Shown: positions 59,149 through 64,000 of the stretch, piece by piece
How the letters are laid out: every line of letters starts with the position of its first letter
Position numbering within the stretch: position 1 is the stretch's first letter
Assembly: GCA_964511305.1 (NCBI GenBank)
Contig: CAZEEU010000002.1
Coordinates: 17,608 to 81,607 of the forward strand
Direction: 5' to 3'
Length of the DNA: 64,000 nt
DNA from: an uncultured Gammaproteobacteria bacterium
GTDB taxonomy: Bacteria > Patescibacteriota > Microgenomatia > Levybacterales > GWA1-39-11
The notes under the pieces: model-generated
The model's database searches: none
Seen by the model: only the letters and a program-made list of their open reading frames with translations
Told to the model about the DNA's origin: nothing
Position numbers and translations under genes: made by a program

Positions 59149-59745
59149 ATGCCTAAAAAAACGACAATACTAATAGTGATTCTTGCTCTAGTTACAGGAG
59201 TTCTTATTTTCCTTGCGGTACGATCGGATCAAGGACAAAATTTACTCTCGACTGATCAGGGAGAAGCTACCCCTACCCAAGTGCAACCATTTGCAAGCTT
59301 GTCATTTGAGAACCCACTTCTTGATGCTTCAACCGGCCCGACAACACAATCGGTAAATATTGTAATTGATACTCTGGGTAAACCTGCCGCAGGAGCACAA
59401 ATAGAGCTTTCATATAATCCTGCTGTGCTAACGAATGTGAGCGTTAAGACTCCCCAGACGTCTTTCTTTGGAGCAAACCCGAGTGTGCTTATAAATACTG
59501 TTGATCCTACTCAGGGAAGAATCTCTTACGCTGTAGGGATATCTGCATCAGATGCAGAGAAGTCTGGAAATGGTACCTTAGCAACCATAACTTTCACAGT
59601 AAATAGACTCGCTGGTATTGCAACTACTAATCTAACCTTTCTTCCTAAATCTGCTGTAACAACACTGAGTGCTCAGGGGTCAATTCTCAACACCTCAACT
59701 CCCCTTGAGATACGCCTTACACCTCTTCCAACATCTGCCAATTAA
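59149..59745 (+). CDS. Membrane-anchored cohesin-domain protein
   Basis: GAQIELSYNPAVL, GNGTLATITF, LTFLPKS. Confidence 0.8.
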   Translation: MPKKTTILIVILALVTGVLIFLAVRSDQGQNLLSTDQGEATPTQVQPFASLSFENPLLDASTGPTTQSVNIVIDTLGKPAAGAQIELSYNPAVLTNVSVKTPQTSFFGANPSVLINTVDPTQGRISYAVGISASDAEKSGNGTLATITFTVNRLAGIATTNLTFLPKSAVTTLSAQGSILNTSTPLEIRLTPLPTSAN

Positions 59746-59748
59746 TGC

Positions 59749-60099
59749 ATGTTTATTGATAAAATTTGGAAAAAGAATCAATATGTCCTTCTTGTAGCGG
59801 CAACGGTACTTTTGGGAGCCTGCCTAGCAATACTTATTCTCCTGCGATTTAGTTCCAATAGGCAACAAGAGCATCAACAAAATACAATAACCCAACAGTC
59901 GGCCTCTCAAAATTGCACTGCTCAAAAAATAGCGTGTAACCCTCAATTCATAGACAATAAGAAGATAGCATGTGGATTACTTAAAAATAAGATAATTGAT
60001 GAACTTTTGAAACGAAATGAGTCACCATGTAAGAGTATTAATAGAGAAATAGTTGAAAATCAAATGAATGAAGCATGTCAAATAGGTTGCCCCAAGTAA
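59749..60099 (+). CDS. Small membrane-anchored Cys-containing protein
   Basis: TM followed by 6 Cys. Confidence 0.65.
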   Translation: MFIDKIWKKNQYVLLVAATVLLGACLAILILLRFSSNRQQEHQQNTITQQSASQNCTAQKIACNPQFIDNKKIACGLLKNKIIDELLKRNESPCKSINREIVENQMNEACQIGCPK

Positions 60100-60147
60100 C
60101 TTCTGTAGTTGATTTAAGTGATAGCATTCTGAAATAATGTAACTAAT

Positions 60148-60510
60148 ATGGCAGACATACCACAAAATTCATTTCAAGGACCTTTGGCTCCAAAATATGG
60201 ATTAAATGACAATTTCAGAAATCCGATTCCGGCTGGACCCAAAGTTAATATTCCAAAAAACAGAAATTACGGGCGACTTATACCGGTGGGCGCAGTTGCA
60301 CTTGCGCTTCTTATTCTTCCTTTAACTATCCAGCAGCTTGGCCAGCAACAAGATAATAGACAGCAAGCATCTCAACCAACTCCTACAATATCGCTACCTG
60401 CCCAGGTGACTTCCCCGACATCAACCCCGACACCTATAGGCCTTACTCCAACACCAACCTCTACAGTAGAATTAGTACCACCACTTCAAGCAACTTCTTC
60501 CGGGAATTAA
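60148..60510 (+). CDS. TM-QDNRQQA + Pro/Thr tail protein
   Basis: Same post-TM motif as 56946 and 61551. Confidence 0.7.
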   Translation: MADIPQNSFQGPLAPKYGLNDNFRNPIPAGPKVNIPKNRNYGRLIPVGAVALALLILPLTIQQLGQQQDNRQQASQPTPTISLPAQVTSPTSTPTPIGLTPTPTSTVELVPPLQATSSGN

Positions 60511-60513
60511 ATT

Positions 60514-61026
60514 TTAATGGTGCCCTGAACCTGGCTTAGAAAGCACTGGGGTATTTCCACGTCTTACTTTTGCTGCAAAATCAGCAGCCATGTCCCCAGC
60601 TGCATATGCCATAAGTCCTACCCCTGCTACAGGGTGAGCAGCTCCTAGAACTCCCAGGATTGTAAGTCCCATACCGGCACGTTTTACGCCCTTGTCCATT
60701 GTCTGCTCGAATGGACCTTGATGCTCGGGGAACATACCTTTCTTTGATCTATTCTTAAATTTTGCCATCATGTCTGCCATAAAATCTCCAGCTGCATACG
60801 TAAGCAGACTCAAACCTACCACGGGATGACTCATGGCGATTGTTCCTATTGCTACAAGGGCAAGGCTTGCCCCCCATTTGATTTTTTTATCTGCGAAATT
60901 CTCAGTTATTCCCTCATGATGTACAAAGGTTGCAAATTGAGGTTCTGAATGAGAAGCCTCATGACTTGCTTCATGTCCACGCGTCTCAGCAGGTGCTGCA
61001 TGTGATGGTCCGTGTTCTGCGCTCAT
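60514..61026 (-). CDS. Small membrane protein with His-rich N-terminus and internal duplication
   Basis: HPVVG...YAAGD.MAD..AK repeated twice. Confidence 0.7.
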   Translation of the reverse strand: MSAEHGPSHAAPAETRGHEASHEASHSEPQFATFVHHEGITENFADKKIKWGASLALVAIGTIAMSHPVVGLSLLTYAAGDFMADMMAKFKNRSKKGMFPEHQGPFEQTMDKGVKRAGMGLTILGVLGAAHPVAGVGLMAYAAGDMAADFAAKVRRGNTPVLSKPGSGHH

Positions 61027-61027
61027 A

Positions 61028-61180
61028 TTATTTAGATAATTTCTTTCTTAAGTTGAAAACTTTTCGTTCTAAAGAACGGGCCACAAAAGGCTTAACTGCT
61101 TCAAAGGTGTTTGATGCAACCTTACCGACAACTTTTGCCCCTGTCTTAATATCTTTTGTAGGTAACTCAATTTCTTTCAC
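61028..61180 (-). CDS. Small basic protein (50 aa), not in ORF track
   Basis: GTG start 8 nt after TATAAT; stop abuts the next ATG. Confidence 0.6.
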   Translation of the reverse strand: MKEIELPTKDIKTGAKVVGKVASNTFEAVKPFVARSLERKVFNLRKKLSK

Positions 61181-61221
61181 AGTGCGTAATTATATCAGAA
61201 AACCTGGGAAAATTAAAGTAC

Positions 61222-61380
61222 TATGGGATTAAGTGTTGCACACTTAATCCCAACGAAGTTAAGATGCAATCTTAACTGAGTATGGGACAATCTGTGATCC
61301 TAGACACAGAACAATCTTTGTCAAAAGATTTTTATGGGATTAAGACGAAGTCCATTGTGCTTTGGGCGAAGCCAAAAGAG
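61222..61380. repeat. Dense hairpin cluster downstream of tRNA-Cys
   Basis: TATGGGA at 61222, 61281, 61333; several perfect stems with GCA/GAA loops. Confidence 0.8.
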
Positions 61381-61394
61381 TTGGGGTAAATTTG

Positions 61395-61466
61395 AGGCGC
61401 GGAAGGGAATCGAACCCTCGCATAGAAGTTTTGCAGACTCCCGTGTTACCACTTCACCACCGCGCC
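61395..61466 (-). tRNA. tRNA-Cys (GCA)
   Basis: GGCGCGG/CCGCGCC acceptor stem, CTGCAAA anticodon loop, GGTTCGATTCC T-arm, U discriminator; CCA not encoded. Confidence 0.97.
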
Positions 61467-61550
61467 ATGAGTGTTGAGTGTATCAAAATTTGAGGCAAAA
61501 ATCCATCTCCACGATTGATTTACCCCACCCTCACAGACTAAACTTAATCC

Positions 61551-62606
61551 GTGAACAAAAAAATAATCTTAATTGCCTTAATAGTGCTTGTTCTTATAGG
61601 TGTTGTCGTCACAACTCTTCTTATTAGACAAAACCAGGACAATAGACAGCGAGCTGATGAAGGAACTCCTACGACAACACAAGGTCCTACTCTCGACACA
61701 GAAGAATGGAATTTCGTTAGGATTTTGAACGAACATAGGCAAGAAATAGGACACAATCCACTTAAAGTGTCCCAAAAATTAACACTAGCAGCTAGATGGA
61801 TGTCAACAGACATGGCAGCAAGAAATATATTGCCCGCTGATCATTCAGATTCGCTTGGCAGGCAATTCCAAAACAGAATAAGATCATTTGGCTACAACGC
61901 CGTACCTATTGGAGAAAATATAGCAAAAGTTGGTGCAACCGGTCAAAACGCATTTGATGCTTGGCTCGCCTCAACAATGGGGCATAAAGAAGAAATGGAA
62001 AGCCCTGCAAGAAGTGTTATTGGTATTGCTAGAGTTCAAAGTGGAAATAGCTGGTATTGGACTGCAGACTTCGGGCCATCGTTAGACTCCGAAATTACTC
62101 CAACGACAACTCCATCTATTACTGATAGCCCTACCCCATCAACAACAGTATCTCCTACATTATCAGTTACTACAACCCAAGAGCCCACAATAACTGCCTC
62201 ACCAACAACTGTAATAGTAACCCCTTCTAATACGGTAACTCCTACGTTGACCGCAACTTCGACACCCACGTCTACAGCAACGCCAACACCAACTTCGACT
62301 CCTACCGCAACTCCTACCCCAACGCCTAGTCCAACAAAAGTACCAACAAGCACACCAACTCCTACATCCAAACCAACTGCTACTCCCACAGCTACGTCCA
62401 TTCCAACTGTGCCTCCAACGGCAACTCCAACAATCCTACCAACTGTAATTGCTCATATATCACCAACCCCTACACAATTGCCGCCTATTGCAACGAGCAC
62501 TCCAGTACCATCCATAGCACAACCAGGAGGACTCGTACCTACTCTGGGTATATTTGGTGGAATTTTGGTCGTGATCGTTGCTGGAATATTCTTGTTAGCA
62601 CTTTAG
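61551..62606 (+). CDS. CAP/SCP-domain surface protein with PT linker and C-terminal TM
   Basis: QDNRQRA; LNEHR, H.DSLG, GENIA, W.AS.GH, WTADFG; IAQPG + TM. Confidence 0.88.
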   Translation: MNKKIILIALIVLVLIGVVVTTLLIRQNQDNRQRADEGTPTTTQGPTLDTEEWNFVRILNEHRQEIGHNPLKVSQKLTLAARWMSTDMAARNILPADHSDSLGRQFQNRIRSFGYNAVPIGENIAKVGATGQNAFDAWLASTMGHKEEMESPARSVIGIARVQSGNSWYWTADFGPSLDSEITPTTTPSITDSPTPSTTVSPTLSVTTTQEPTITASPTTVIVTPSNTVTPTLTATSTPTSTATPTPTSTPTATPTPTPSPTKVPTSTPTPTSKPTATPTATSIPTVPPTATPTILPTVIAHISPTPTQLPPIATSTPVPSIAQPGGLVPTLGIFGGILVVIVAGIFLLAL

Positions 62607-62678
62607 AGTGTACAGCGTAAAGTTAACAGCGTACAGAAATTCTAGAACTGGCCGCTAAACGCTGTCTACTGTCCGCTA
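62606..62678. repeat. Inverted pair of heptamer arrays (AGCGTAC type)
   Basis: AGTGTAC AGCGTAA AGTTAAC AGCGTAC then GGCCGCT AAACGCT GTCTACT GTCCGCT. Confidence 0.75.
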
Positions 62679-62935
62679 CTTGTCTTGATTGTATTTACTC
62701 TCTTGAGGTCCAACCTGAAACTTAGCGAAGCAAAGGATCAGGCACATTACTTATCTTGATTATATCGACTTTCCTGTGGTCCTGCCTGAAACTTACACGC
62801 AGTGAAGTTTTAGGCGTTATTTATCTTGGTTATACTTACTTTCTTGAGGACCTGCCTGGAACTTACACGCAGTGAAGTTTTAGGCGTTATTTATCTTGGT
62901 TATACTTACTTTCTTGAGGACCTGCCTGGAACTTA
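62676..62935 (-). repeat. Tandem array of four dcd 3'-end copies (48 nt) with hairpin spacers, about 70-bp period
   Basis: Copies at 62887-62934, 62817-62864 (identical), 62747-62794 and 62676-62723 (recoded). Confidence 0.95.
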
Positions 62936-63456
62936 TATTTTGCGTCTTTCTTTTTTGTATATGGGGTCTCTGCAGGACTTGATAGTTGCTCAAAAGCCAT
63001 AGCGCAAATTCTCATTCCGGGGTACAAAGCAACAGCCATACGCCCAAGATTACCAAGCTCCAAAACGCAATTACCGTCCCATCCTGCGTCAAAAATACTT
63101 GCAGTTGAATGTACAACAATTCCAAGTCGCCCCAATGAAGATCTTCCCTCTAACCTTCCCAGAAGATCATCTGGAATTCTTACCTTTTCCATGGTAACGG
63201 CAAGCACAAAATCCCCTGGCTGCATAATAAATGGTGAACCTTTCTTAATCTTTATTTCAGTTGTAATTTCGTTTGTATAATCTTTTTTCGTAGGGTCAAG
63301 GAAGGCATTCCTGCTATGGTCAAAAACTCTAAATTTATCTCCAAGACGAAGGTCTAAAGAGCAGGTACCCAACTGTGTTTTGAAATCTGGGGCCGGCAAT
63401 ATACCAATCTTTTTCTTCTTAATATAATCTTTGATGTCGCGATCGGATAAAACCAT
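62887..63456 (-). CDS. dcd: dCTP deaminase
   Basis: LSDRDI, SLDLRLG, EGRSSLGRLG, DAGWDG..LEL, PGMRIC. Confidence 0.96.
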   Translation of the reverse strand: MVLSDRDIKDYIKKKKIGILPAPDFKTQLGTCSLDLRLGDKFRVFDHSRNAFLDPTKKDYTNEITTEIKIKKGSPFIMQPGDFVLAVTMEKVRIPDDLLGRLEGRSSLGRLGIVVHSTASIFDAGWDGNCVLELGNLGRMAVALYPGMRICAMAFEQLSSPAETPYTKKKDAKYKFQAGPQESKYNQDK

Positions 63457-63487
63457 AATTGGCAGTAGGGCTTGCGGTTATTTCATC

Positions 63488-63516
63488 ATTCTACAGAAGG
63501 AAAAATGATTTCGCAA
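63488..63516 (-). promoter_or_regulatory. dcd promoter
   Basis: TTGCGA-N17-TAGAAT with extended TG. Confidence 0.65.
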
Positions 63517-63559
63517 TACGAGTATTTAGTTTGGTAAGATAAATTGCGTTTGTGACATC

Positions 63560-64000
63560 TCACATGGAACAAGTGCCATTGCATTGAATTGACAATAGAA
63601 TCAAAAACAAAATATTGGAAATAAAATAGATAAATAAGATAATAATAACCGGTGCGAAGAAAGTTAATGAAAACATTTTCAACATTACTTTGATTCTATT
63701 TTTCTTATTAAGAATACCTGCAAAAAATCCTGTGGCACCACTTATGATGAGAACCGATATCAAGAAATTAAAGATAAGATCATAATATGACATAAAAAGT
63801 TCTGGCATGGCAAGAATTCCTTTTACGTTAAAAGTTAGAGTAGTAAAAGAGAGAATAAACAATGCAAACCCCATTTCAAACATGTCTTTTGATGTTATTT
63901 TATTGGTAAGAATATTTATCAATACTACAAGAAGTGATAATGATACTGAAACAATGAACAGAACTAAATTTTTGTTCTTAATATAATCTTTGATGTCGCG
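63560..64000 (-). CDS. Membrane protein, 5'-partial, starting with a dcd-identical N-terminal peptide
   Basis: Frame open to the window end: RDIKDYIKNKNLVLFIVSVSL...; 63975-64000 is identical to 63416-63441. Confidence 0.8.
   Translation of the reverse strand, partial: RDIKDYIKNKNLVLFIVSVSLSLLVVLINILTNKITSKDMFEMGFALFILSFTTLTFNVKGILAMPELFMSYYDLIFNFLISVLIISGATGFFAGILNKKNRIKVMLKMFSLTFFAPVIIILFIYFISNILFLILLSIQCNGTCSM

Noticed and set aside
55847-59745. Cellulosome
   Set aside because: No glycoside hydrolase or CBM domain is recognisable on the dockerin-bearing proteins.
62036-62401. Val/Gly-rich minus-strand ORF and similar antisense ORFs in 41.6-43.6 kb
   Set aside because: Antisense to PT-rich or low-complexity coding sequence.
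62676-62935. CRISPR array or DGR template/variable repeats
   Set aside because: The repeats are the dcd coding tail; differences are third-codon-position and not adenine-specific; no RT or cas gene.
1-64000. Prophage, IS element or stop-codon recoding
   Set aside because: No phage structural, integrase or transposase ORFs; conserved genes are full length under code 11 and TGA, TAG and TAA all terminate genes.

Overview
A low-GC (about 35-40% by eye), gene-dense chromosomal segment using genetic code 11. It is inferred to come from a Patescibacteria/CPR bacterium, most likely Microgenomates, from the short EF-Ts, widespread -10-box leaderless starts, CxxC-x17-CxxC protein and QDxRQRA/cohesin/dockerin surface proteins. 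Housekeeping genes include hflX, trhO, purB, recR, frr, rseP, tsf, rpsB, glyA, dcd and tRNA-Cys. There are also two-component, Crp and HxlR regulators, glycoside hydrolases, metal transporters and a 14-kb surface-protein cluster (48.7-62.6 kb). I see no rRNA, CRISPR-cas, transposase, integrase or reverse transcriptase. The most unusual signals are non-coding. (1) Four tandem copies of the last 48 nt of dcd, two of them synonymously recoded, are separated by short spacers that fold back on the duplicated target as CTTA-[GNA-triloop hairpin]-AAG; the dcd 5' end is also duplicated and fused to a neighbouring gene. Related GNA-triloop structures occur at about 0.6, 9.8, 25.2, 53.7 and 61.3 kb. (2) AG-phased heptamer arrays bracket a four-helix-bundle (Avd/IVS-like) gene and supply the -35 box and spacer of the predicted rpsB, frr, glyA and vWA-gene promoters. 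(3) A 120-bp rod-like hairpin is present twice between convergent genes. All product calls come from motif recognition by eye; no database search was run.
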